Assembly (NCBI RefSeq): GCF_009914755.1
Contig: NC_060935.1
Source: the human T2T-CHM13v2.0 reference genome, Homo sapiens
Strand: one strand, 5' to 3'
Length of the DNA: 64,000 nucleotides
The notes beneath the pieces were generated by a model. It was given only the letters and a program-made list of their open reading frames with translations, made no database searches and had not been told where the DNA came from. Numbering within the stretch: position 1 is the first letter of the stretch; each line of letters opens with the position of its first letter. Shown piece by piece: positions 15,312-27,300 of the stretch. The translations under genes and the position numbers were made by a program.

Positions 15312-17105
15312 TATTCTAAAATTAATATGGAACTGTGAAAGAAAAATAAATCTTGGGGCCCCCAGAATCACTAAGCTAAAGGGAAAAGTCAAGCTGGGAA
15401 CTGCTTAGAGCAAACCTGCCTCCCATTCTATTCAGAGTCATCCCTCTGCTCACTGAGATAAATGCATATTGGATTGCCTCCTTTGGAAAGGCTAATCAGA
15501 AACTCAAAATAATGTAAACTTTGGCTCTCACATACCTGTGACCTGGAAGGCCCTCCCTGCTTCAAGTTTTCCCGCCTTTCCAGATGGAACCAATGTACAT
15601 CTGGATATATTGATTGATATCTCATGCCTCTCTAAAACATATAAAACCAAAAAAGAGCTTGTATAGCCAAGGCATCATGCTACCCGACTTCAAACTATAG
15701 CACTACAGTAACCAAAACAGCATGATACTGGTACAAAGACAGACAAATAAACCAATGGAACAGAACAGAAAACACTGAAACAAGACTGCACATCTACAAC
15801 TATCTGATCTTTGACAAAACTGACATAAGCAATGGGGAAAGGATTCCCAATTCAAGAAATGGTGCTGGAATAACTGGTGAGCGATATGCAGAAGATTGAA
15901 ACTGGACTCTTCTTTACATCATATGCAAAAATTAACTCAAGATGGATTAAAGACTTAAATGTAATATCCAAAACTATAAAAACTATAAAAAGACAACCTA
16001 AGCAATGCCACTCAAGACATAGGCACCGGCAAATATTTCATGACAAAGATGCCAAAAGCAATTGCAACAAAAACGAATATTGACAAATGGGATCTAATTA
16101 AACTAAAGAGCTTCTGCACAGCAAAAGAAACTATCAACGGAGTAAACGATTTACATAATGGGAGGAACATTTTGCAAACTATGCATCTAAAAAAGGTCTC
16201 ATATCCAGCATCTATAAGGAATTTAAACAAATGTACAAGAAAAAGACAACCCCATAAGAAAGCGGGAAAAGGACATAAATAGACACTTTTCAAAAGAAGA
16301 CATACATGCAACCAGCAATCATATGAAAAAATGCTCAGCATCACTGATCATTAGAGAAATGTAACTCAAAACCACAATGAGACACCTTCTCACACCAGTC
16401 AGAATGGCTATTATTAAAAGGCCAAAAAATAACAGATGCTGGTGAAGTTTTGGAGAAAAAGGAACACCTATACACTGTTGATGGGAGTGTAAATTAGTTC
16501 AGCCATTGTGGAAGACAGTTTGGCAATTCCTAAAAGACCTGAAGACAGAAATACCATTCAACCCAGCAATCCCATTGCTGGATATATACCCCAAAGGAAT
16601 ATAAATCATTCTATTATAAAGACACATGCACACATATGTTTATTGCAGCACTGTTCAAAATAGCAAAGACAGAGGATCAACCCAAATGCCCATCAATGAT
16701 AGACTGGAAAAAGAAAATGTGGTACGTATACACCATGGCATACTATGCAGCCATAAAACAGAAGGAGATCATGTCTTTTGCAGAGACATGGATGGAGCTG
16801 GAGGCCATTATCCTTAGCAAACTAACACAGGAACAGAAAACCAAATACCACATGTTCTCACTTATAAATGGGAGCAAACTGATGAGAACATGTGGAAACA
16901 TAGAGGGAAACAACACACACTGAGGCCTTTTGGAGAATGGAGGGTGGGAGGAGGGAGAAGATCAGGGAAGATAACTAATGGGTATTAGGTTTAATACTTG
17001 GGTGATGAAATAATCTGTATAATAAACCCCCTGGATGCAAGTTTACCTATGTAACAAACCTGCACTTGTACCCCTAAACTTAAAATAAAAGTTAAAAAAA
17101 AGAGA
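15312..17105 (+). mobile_element. 5'-truncated L1PA (L1PA12-14-like), interrupted by a MER4 LTR
   Basis: ORF2 remnants (ORFs 16040..16282 and 16636..16923) and a 3'UTR ending aaataaaagttaaaa. TSD aaaaaatattttac 15298-15311 / aaaaaatgttttac 17106-17119. Confidence 0.9.
15334..15650 (+). mobile_element. ERV1 MER4A-like LTR, 3' part missing
   Basis: Begins tgtgaaagaaaaataaatcttgggg...ctaagctaaagggaaaagtcaagctgggaactgc and ends abruptly at ataaaaccaa, where L1 ORF2 resumes. Confidence 0.85.
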
Positions 17106-17899
17106 AAAAAATGTTTTACAACACAAGGCAAAGTCAATTTTGGTAAAGCTCTATGGGTACTTGAAAAATACACACGCATTCTTCAGTGTGCTATATAAGT
17201 CCACTAGGCCACTTTTGTTAAGGTGTTCAAATAATATCTATCTTTAATGATTTTTGCCTATCTGCTCTGTCAATTGCAGAGAAAATAATTTGAAAATCTT
17301 CCCATATGATTATGAATTTATTTGTTTTTCCTTTTAGTTTTGTTAAATTTTTCTTTATATATTCTAGGATTATTTTGTTGGGTGCATACAAATTTAGAAT
17401 TGTTATATTGTCATCATAAATTGAACCTTTTCTAATTGAGAAAAGCATTCCCAGTTATGTTATAATTTCTTAAAGTCTTTGATATTGATATGGCTACGAA
17501 AACACTCTCACTTAGTGTCTGCATAATGCACGCTTTTTCATCATTTTACTTCTAAACTTTTTGCCACCTTGTATTTCTTACAAGATTTCTAAAATTCAAT
17601 ACGTTAAGTGTATTTTAGTTGAGTCTAAAAATATCAATCTTTTGATAAGAACACTTAGACCATTTACATTGAAAGTAATTATTGATATATGCAGGTCTAA
17701 GCTTACAGTGTTACTCAGTGATTTGTATTTTTCTGGCTAATTCCATGTTCCTATTGGTCTGTTTTTATTTATCCTGTCAGATTACTAATTTTATTATTTC
17801 TTCCCCTTCACATGTTTGCAATGGTCAATAATTTTAGTGTTTACATAAATTATAAATTCTTAATTTACGAAGTGCAATGCTAATCAGTGCATTATCTTT

Positions 17900-18392
<493 letters not shown>

Positions 18393-19104
18393 TGCATTAT
18401 CTTTAAACTGGAAGTTTGTGAATAAATCATTCTAATGACTTTTACTGAATCCTTGGTTATAGTTTTGAATTGATTAACTACATGTTTTCCTATGTTGCTT
18501 TGTAATAATTTAAACTGAAAAAGCAAAAAATAAATTATTTAATGTGTCAGGCATCAGACCATGAATTTTCACATATATTGAATTATTTAAAAGCTTCCAG
18601 CACTATGTATTATATGTCCTGATATTCTGATTTTGGAGATGAGGAAACTAAAACAAAAAGAAGCTCTTATGTATTAGAGTGCTGGAATTTTGGTTGCTGT
18701 TTTCCAAGGCCCAGCTTGGTTTTACTTTTACTGCTGTATAGTTACTGCACAAAGAAAGGGCAGCGTGACCTACAAGGACACAAAAAACTGTTTGGCTCTC
18801 TAACTGTCGGGACCTTTCTAGAAAAAACAAACTCCCCATGAAGAAATGGTCCCAAATGATAGGCTGAACTATCTGGTTATCAGTCCTCCGCACTGTCCAA
18901 CTGTTAATTTGGCACTGTCTTGATAGGTCTTCAATATCCTTAAGCAGATTTATGTTTACATTTTATCTAGATCTTCTAGGTATCTTCAGTTGTAGTATTG
19001 GCCCAAATTACTCATTCTACCATTACTGGGAGAAGTCATAATCAACTTTTTTCACCCAATATTTGATCTCAAATATAGTCTCATATCAACAACCCACAGT
19101 TTAT

Positions 19105-20468
19105 GTTTTTTTCCTTATTCTAAAAAGAAATGGGATACATGGGAAGAACGTGCAGGTTTTTTACATAGGTATAAATCTGCCTTGCTGGTTTGCTGCACCT
19201 ATTGATCCATCCTCTAAGTTCCCTCCCCTCAACTCCCAACCCCCAACAGGCCCTGGTGTGTGCTGTTCCCCTCTCTGTATCCATGTGTTCTCAATGCTCA
19301 ACTCCCACTTATGAGTGAGAACATGCAGTGTTTGGTTTTCTGTTCCTGTGTTAGTTTGCTGAGGATGATGTCTTCCAGCTTCATCCATGTCCCTGCAAAG
19401 GACATGGTCTCATTCCTTTTTAGGGCTGCATAGTATTCCATGGTGTATATGTACCACATTTTCTTTATCCAGTCTATCATTGATGGTCATTCGGGTTGGT
19501 TCCATTGTAAATAGTGCTGCAATAAACATATGTGTGCATGTGTCTTTATAGTAGAATGAGTTGTAATCCTTTGAGTATATACCCAGTAATGGGTTTGCTG
19601 GGTCAAATGGTATTTCTGGTTCTAGATCATTGAGGAATCACCATACTGTCTTCCACAATGATTGAACTAATTTACATGCCCACCAACAGTGTAAAGGCGT
19701 TCCTATTTCTCTACAGCCTCTCCAGCATATATTGTTTCCTGACATGTTAATAATCACCATTATGACTGGTGTGAGATGGTATCTCACTGTGGTTTTGATT
19801 TGCGTTTCTCTGATGATCAGTGATATTGAGCTTTTTTTCATATGTTTGTTGACCGCATAAATGTCTTATTTTGAGAAGTGGCCATTCATATGCTTTGCCC
19901 ACTTTTTAATGAGGTTGTTTTATTCTTGTAAATATATTCAAGTTCCTTGTAGATTCTAGATATTAGACCTTTGTCAGATGGATAGATTGCAAAAATTTTC
20001 TTCCATTCTGTAGATTATCTGTTCACTCTGATGATAGTTTCTTTTGTTGTGCAGAAGCTCTTTAGTTTAATTAGATCCCATTTGTCAAATTTGGCTTCTT
20101 TTTTGCCATTGCTTTTGCTGTTTTAGTCATCAAGTCTTTGCCAGTGTCTGTGTCCTGAATGGTATTGCCTACGTTTTCTTCTAGGATTTTTATGGTTTGG
20201 GGTTTTACATTTAAGTCTTTAATTCATCTTGAGTTAATTTTTGTATAAGGTGTGTAAGGTGTGAAGGGGTCCAGTTTCAGTTTTCTGCATATGGCTAGCC
20301 AGTTATCCCAGCACCTTTTACTGAATAGGAGATCCTTTCCCCATTGCTTGTTTTGTCTGGTTTGTCGAAGCTCAGAGGGTTCTAGATGTGTGGTGTTATT
20401 TCTGAGGTCTCTGTTCTCTTCCATTGGTCTATATGTCTGTTTTGGTACAAGTACCATGCTGTTTTGGT
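19105..20468 (-). mobile_element. 5'-truncated L1PA8-like element
   Basis: L1PA8-type 3' end (gggatacat...cctctaagttccctccc...aggccctggtgtgtg). ORF2 remnants at 19298..19480, 19638..19841 and 20224..20457. No clear TSD. Confidence 0.9.
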
Positions 20469-20476
20469 CCTTGTAC

Positions 20477-20650
20477 AGTGATGTATGGAAAATGGAAGTG
20501 AAGTATAGAAATAGCTGTATTATTTACAGCTTGTTGTATGCCTAATTTGAACACAATTTGAACAGATGGCCTCCTTTGATTGGCCAAAACTCAGTGATTG
20601 GCACAGGAGTAGGTTAGCTTGTTTATACCTCCATTTAGGTTATAGTTCAC
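20477..20650 (-). mobile_element. MER57 LTR internal fragment (inverted copy of 31572-31744)
   Basis: Its reverse complement aligns to 31572-31744 with about 12 differences in about 174 bp by manual alignment. Confidence 0.9.
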
Positions 20651-20964
20651 CATGTTATACATTTATACAGCTTCTTAATTTTTACTATGGTAGATCTCCC
20701 CATAATATTAGTAACATTAATAAGAACAATAAAAATTGCAAATAAATGTTGTGATTAAAATAATCCATAAACTATGCTAAATTATTATCTAGTGCTTTAT
20801 TGACCTTATAACAACCTTATTCTAAAGATAAAATACCGAGAAACAGATGGGTTAAGTGGCTTGCCTGAGATCACAGAAGTGGAAAGTCATGGGGCTAGAT
20901 TACTTAGTTGCCATTAGATGAGGTACCTGATAGAAGGAAATGGAGGGACCCCATGGCAAAACAG

Positions 20965-21207
20965 CCATCCTTCCTCACATGGCGGCAACAATGAGAAGTG
21001 CTGAGTAAAGGCGGGAAAAGCCCCTTAAAAAAACATCAGATCTCTTGAGAATTCACTCACTATCACAAGAATAGCATGGGGGAACCACCCCCATGATTCA
21101 GTCACCTATCTCCTTCAACACGTAGGGATTACAGGTCCTCCCTCAACAGGTGTGGACTACAAATCAAGATGAGATTTGGGTGGGGACACATACCCAAATC
21201 ATATCAC
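20965..21207 (-). mobile_element. Partial THE1 (THE1C/D-like) LTR
   Basis: ccatcagatctc...ctcactcactatca-type motifs and gatgagatttgggtggggacaca...catatca terminus. Confidence 0.85.
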
Positions 21208-21320
21208 CTTCCCTGGTCACCATATAAAATCACTTCCTTCCTGCCCTGCTCCCCTATTTCTTTTGCTGCTTTAATTTCCCCTTTTAGTCTTCTTTATCAT
21301 CTAACAAACTATGTTTGTTT

Positions 21321-21322
<2 letters not shown>

Positions 21323-21367
<45 letters not shown>
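21323..21367. repeat. (GT)n microsatellite, about 22 units
   Basis: Directly visible. Confidence 0.98.
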
Positions 21368-21371
<4 letters not shown>

Positions 21372-22104
21372 GTTATGGTCTGTATATCCCTTGCGAATGT
21401 AAATTATTTTTAAGGGTAAATTTTTGCCCATTGTTTTTTGTTCAGTGTTGCATGCGCAGTGCTTGGAATAAAGCATGGATTGTCGTATGTGAAACATAAA
21501 TATTTGTTGAACAAATAAAATTAACATTTCTCTTCAATTTTTCTCTCAGACTTTCCATCAATTCAAATGCTTCTAAAACAGTGCATACTTCCTACTAGAA
21601 TATTGAGATGCTTTTCCCATGTTCTCTGAATGCCTGCCTTGGACTAATCCCTAAAGGTCAGGAGCCAGTGACTTTCAGAAAGCAGAGCAAAGGGTCTAAA
21701 TCTTGAAATCAGAGCTGATTTCCAGAATCTCCTATTCGCAATTTTCACTTTTATCGATTCTGTCTGAGCTCCCAGACTCTGTATTCCACATTCGTAGGCC
21801 TAAGGTAGGTTCATATTCAGTAACAAACTTCCCTCGGCTGATTGACTCACTCCTGGCTGAATGTTCTTACTCCTGCTTCTGGTTTGCTTCTCTCCTACCA
21901 TCTGTCCAACAGCAACATCTCAACAGACTCAGCCCTAGATAAGATGTCAAGTTCAGGTCCCTCTTTTCCCCATGTCAGATACTGAGGAATTTCTTTAAGA
22001 AAATCCACAGCTCCAGAAGGATACGACTCTTTGTTCAAAAAATTATGAATCATGTTACATGCTATCTGCCAGGACTAAGCTATATTAGTGGCTTTGTGTA
22101 TATT

Positions 22105-22265
22105 TGGGGAGGAATGACTGCTAATGGGTATGAAGTTTTGGGGGGAAGTAGAGAAAATGTTCTAAATTAGATTGTATTAATGGTTGAATATGCTTACAAT
22201 CAGTAAATTATATACTTTAAATGTATGAATCTTATGAAATGTGAATTATATCTCAATAAAAAGAT
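22105..22265 (+). mobile_element. Old L1M 3' end
   Basis: gactgctaatgggtatg...aaaatgttctaaattagattg...ttatatctcaataaa. Confidence 0.7.
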
Positions 22266-25200
22266 TTTTTAACTAACTTATATACGCTCTGTTTTGCCTC
22301 CTTAAGTATCTATCTACTGTTGATCTGATCTTTATACCTCAAACACTTCTTCTTTCATTCATTAAATAGTTATTGAGTGCCTGTTACTTGTCAGATACTG
22401 TACTGTTGATATAGGAAACAAGGAAGCCACAGCCCCTGCTTCTGGAGATATACAAAGAAGTGATAAATGTTTGAGGTGATGGTTATTTCAATACCCTGAT
22501 CATTACACACTGTATGGAAAATATCAAAATACCACTTGTACCCATAAATATGTATTATCATGTATCAATTTAAAAAGAGATTGGATAAGTGATAATAAAA
22601 TGAAATGGGTGTTTTGAGAGATGACGCACAGAGTGCCATGCCTAACACAATAGTAACTATAGCACAGCCATCGTAGTTACCATAACAGTTATTTGATAAA
22701 CATTGAGAGAATATTGTCACTCATATCCACAATCCTGATTGTGTGTTTTTTTCTTTCCCTCTTCAGGTTTTAGCAATTTCCACACAGGTACCAAAATATT
22801 TGCAACTATCATAGACCTCATGTGTGTTCTCTGTGTGTCCAGAAAAGACTCAGACACAGTCTTTCCCATGACAGACACATAACTCCTGGAATTCTATGAA
22901 GTCTTAGGTTTTTTCATGCAAACCCCCATTGTTTGAGAAGAACATGTTTTCAGGAGATAATTTCCTTTCAAACTTACTTTAAAAAATCAATAGATTCCTC
23001 TTTGTTGTACAACTTGAATCCCAATGATTTGGCGTGAGCTATTTCCTCCTGGCACTCTGCTTCAAAACATAACATTGACTTCTTGTTAAAGTGCTGAAAA
23101 GATATGTTCATAACACAATCATCTATGAAACAGCATCTTTCACTTCAAAGTGGAATGAGAGACCAGTGGATTCAGGGATTGTATTCTTCCAGAACAAGTG
23201 TTACACTTCTGAAATTTGAAGTATTAATAGTTTTCAAACACCAGCATCAGGGTGCCCCTAAATTATTTCGTTGCACTCCAATCTGTGAGGAAAACCATAG
23301 TGAAGTCTTGTGTTGCCTCTCTAGCTGTGTTCAGCAGTGTGACCTTATTTGTGAACCTTTATAGCAGCAGTTTGTGGCATGTCTTGTTTGTTTTCTTTTT
23401 TTTGGCTTCTTCTCAGCTGGAGGACAAAAGTCAATAAAGAGATGTTTAACAAGATCCTCAAGAAACTAATTACAATCCATCTGAGCCACCTTTGTAGTCT
23501 GATCTACCCCAAAAGGGTCTATGATTGTTTAGACATTAAAATATGTTAAAAGAGGCAGCTATGTTTTAGTGGGAAAACTGGGGTTAAAAGACCTATATCC
23601 AAGATCTGCCTTGTCAAAGCCCTGCTCCTCTCTGGGCCTCAGTGAAAATGTTTAGTAATCTGTAAGGCACTGTGGAAATGTAAGGTTTAATTCTGAAGAT
23701 ATTTTAATAACTCAAGGTGTTTTGATATTATTTCATGCTGATTTTCCAGTCATGATATTATATATACAGAATTATCAGTAAATATTCACATTTAAAATTA
23801 TACTACTGCATCAGAAGACAAAAGCTGCACCCTCCAAGACCCCAGAACTATAGCCTACTCTGGCCCACCCTCTATTCTTGTCAGTCCAGTTTCTTCCCTG
23901 CCACCGCCTTTCCTGCTCCCTTCCTTCCACATCTCCAGTCTCTATGTTTGTACTCACGCTGTTACCCCACCAGATACGCCTTCCTCCTCCTTGTCACCTA
24001 CCTTTTCCCTATTTATACCACAAAACCCAAGATAGGTCCTATTTTATCCTTGATGCCTTTTTTAGTTTCTCAAATAAGTGTGGTTCTTTTCTTTCTCTAA
24101 CTTCTTTTGACAAAAGCACCACACATACACATTTGTTTTCCAAGTTACATCATGTTTCTTGAAACTATGACAGATTAGGCTCCTGCTTAGAGGGAATGGT
24201 AGAAAATCAGCTTGGAAATGTCAGTTGGGATGAGATTGTGTAAGACCTTGAATTCCAGGCCTCTAGAAGCACCTCGGAGATATTAAAATGCTTTAAGTGT
24301 AAGGGTGACACATCAGAGCTGTGTTCAAGGAAAGTTAAAGAGTTTACACGCCAGCGATAAGCCTGCTGCAATAGTCTGGGCATGAGGTGATAAAGAGAAT
24401 AATGAGAACCCTGACAGTGAAAGTATTGAGAGGCTAATGGTAAGAAGAGCAGGTATGAGGCCCATGGCAATGTCCCATGTGGTCCTCATCTTCTCACCAA
24501 ATCTGCTCCTGCTGGGTGCTCCCTGTCTCACACACTGTGGCCATGATCCTTGCAATCAGTGAGGACAGAAACCCAGGAGGCCTTCTGGACACCGTTTTGT
24601 CCTTCATCCCACATCCCACCAAGTTACTAAGTTATACCAATTCAGCCTTTTCGATTTCATCTAACACTTCGCTCTAATAACCTGCTATCCTCTAGGACCA
24701 GGCCTGTGGCATCTCCAACCTAGGTGATTTAAACCTGGTATCTTTCCTCCAGGCCTAACCCTCCAATCCATCTTCCAACTTTCTATCAGATGAATCTGAC
24801 TCAACTGCTACTCTTATCCTTTCATTTTCATGCTTAAAACACATCAATGTTCGCTTCTTGCCTATAACATTAACTCCAATTTGATATGACTTATAATGTC
24901 CACTGTGATGTGACCCTGTGCCAATCCCCTCAGACTCTTCTCTTACCTCTCTATGTTCTAGCCATCCTCCCACCCTAAACGTCTCACATTTCTGAATGGG
25001 CTGTAATGTTGAATACCTTCATGTCTTTGTTCACTCGTTCTGTTCCCCCTTCCCTCTTTCCTCCTCTTAAAATCACACTATTCTTCAAGTCTTCAAGGAA
25101 ATGTTCATCCTTGCTTGAAAATCTTCCGTGGCCCTTCCTTCCACTCCCAGAATACCATCATAATCCCTGCTCACTACACAAAACATAATAATCTGTAATT

Positions 25201-25876
25201 ATATATACTTTGCTCTATTTTATTTAGCATTCCACGAGGAAAAAGACTGAGATTTTTATCCTATTAGCCTCATAAAATTTCAAGGCACAGACTGATGTGA
25301 TAAATTTTTTAAAATATAATTTCAACTTTTATTTCAGATTCAGGGGATATATACACAGGTTTGTTACATGGGCATATTGTATGAAGCTGAGGTTTGGGGT
25401 ACTATTGATCCCATTGCCCGGTGGTGTGCATATTACCCGATAGTTAGTTTTTCAAACTTGTTCCCATCATTATATCCATGAGTACCCAATGTTTGGCTCC
25501 CACTTATAAGTGAGAATATGTGGTATTTAATTTCCTATTCCTGTGTTAATATGCTTGGGGTAATGGTCTCCAGCTGCATCCTTGTTGCTGCAAAGGAAAT
25601 GAATTCATTCTTTTTTATGGCTTCATAGTATTCCATTGTGTATGTGTACCACATTTTTAAAAATCTAATCCATTGTTGATGAGCACTTAGGTTGATTCAT
25701 TGTCTTTGCTATTGTGGGTATTGCTGCAATGAACATACGAGTTCATTTCATGTTGAAATGAAATTGCTGCAATGAACATACGAGTTCGAGTTCCTGTTGG
25801 TGGAACATATGAGCCACCAACAGTGTATAAGTATTCCTTTTACTCCACAGTCTCACCAGCACCTGTTACATTTTGA

Positions 25877-26251
<375 letters not shown>

Positions 26252-26739
26252 TCATTGTGGGTTTTTTAATTATTTTTTAAAGCTACTTTATTCCAGAGCC
26301 CAGGAATCCATCTTAGGTACTGTGAAAAATGAGAAATTACAAGGAAAGTAAAGAGCCAGTCCATTCTTCATGAATTCAAAATAAAAATATGAGGGAGAGG
26401 CAGATGATACAAAAAAATTACAAAAAAAAACTAACATTCTGAAGTTTTATATTTACCATCAAGTCATCACATTAAGGTAAAATGCCTTCAAGCTTTATCA
26501 ACTCCTTTGTATATTCCCAAGGTATTACTTCAAAGGAATAACTTATGTTTTCTTATATTTTAAACCTACTTCAGTTTAGCTATAAATTTTTAATACTGTA
26601 AAAATAAACAATACAAAGTTCTAGATTAAATTTTATATTTGCTAATATTTGGGTTTGAGCTCAAATTCCCGCTAACTGTAGAAAGAATTTTATAAAAACA
26701 CTGTTCGTTTTTTTCTTTTCTCAAGCTATATATTTATCA

Positions 26740-27300
26740 TTATTATCATTAATTATTATTTCAATAGTTTTGGGAAACAGGTGGTTTTTGGTTACATGGA
26801 TAAGTTCTTTAGTGGTCATCGCTGAGATTATGGTGGACCCATCACCCAAGCAGTGTACAATGTACACAATATTTGTCTTTTATTCCTCAACTCCCTCTCA
26901 CCCTTCCTCCTGAGTACCCAAAGTCCATTACATTATTCTTATACCTTTGCATTTTCATAGCTTAGCTCCCACTTATAAGTGAGAATATACGATATTTGGT
27001 TTTTCATTCTTGAGTTACTTCATTTAGAGTAATGGCCTTCAACTCCATCTAAGTTTCTGTAAAGGTCATTACTTCATTTTGTCTTATGGCTGAGTAGTAT
27101 TCCATAGAGTATATATATATACCACATTTTATTTATCCATTCATTGGTTGATGGGCATTTATGTTGGTTCCATATTTTTGCAATTGCCAATTGTACTGCT
27201 ATAAACATATGTGCACATGTGTTCTTTTCATATTTTCATATTTATTTTCCTTTGGATAGCTACCTAGTAGTGGGATTGCTGGATCGAATGGTAGTTTTAC
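26740..27300 (-). mobile_element. L1PB1-like 3' fragment
   Basis: L1PB-type terminus tttcaatagttttggg-aacaggtggtttttggttacatggataagttctttagtgg. The host L1 resumes at ttgatttccatttctc (27301). Confidence 0.85.
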
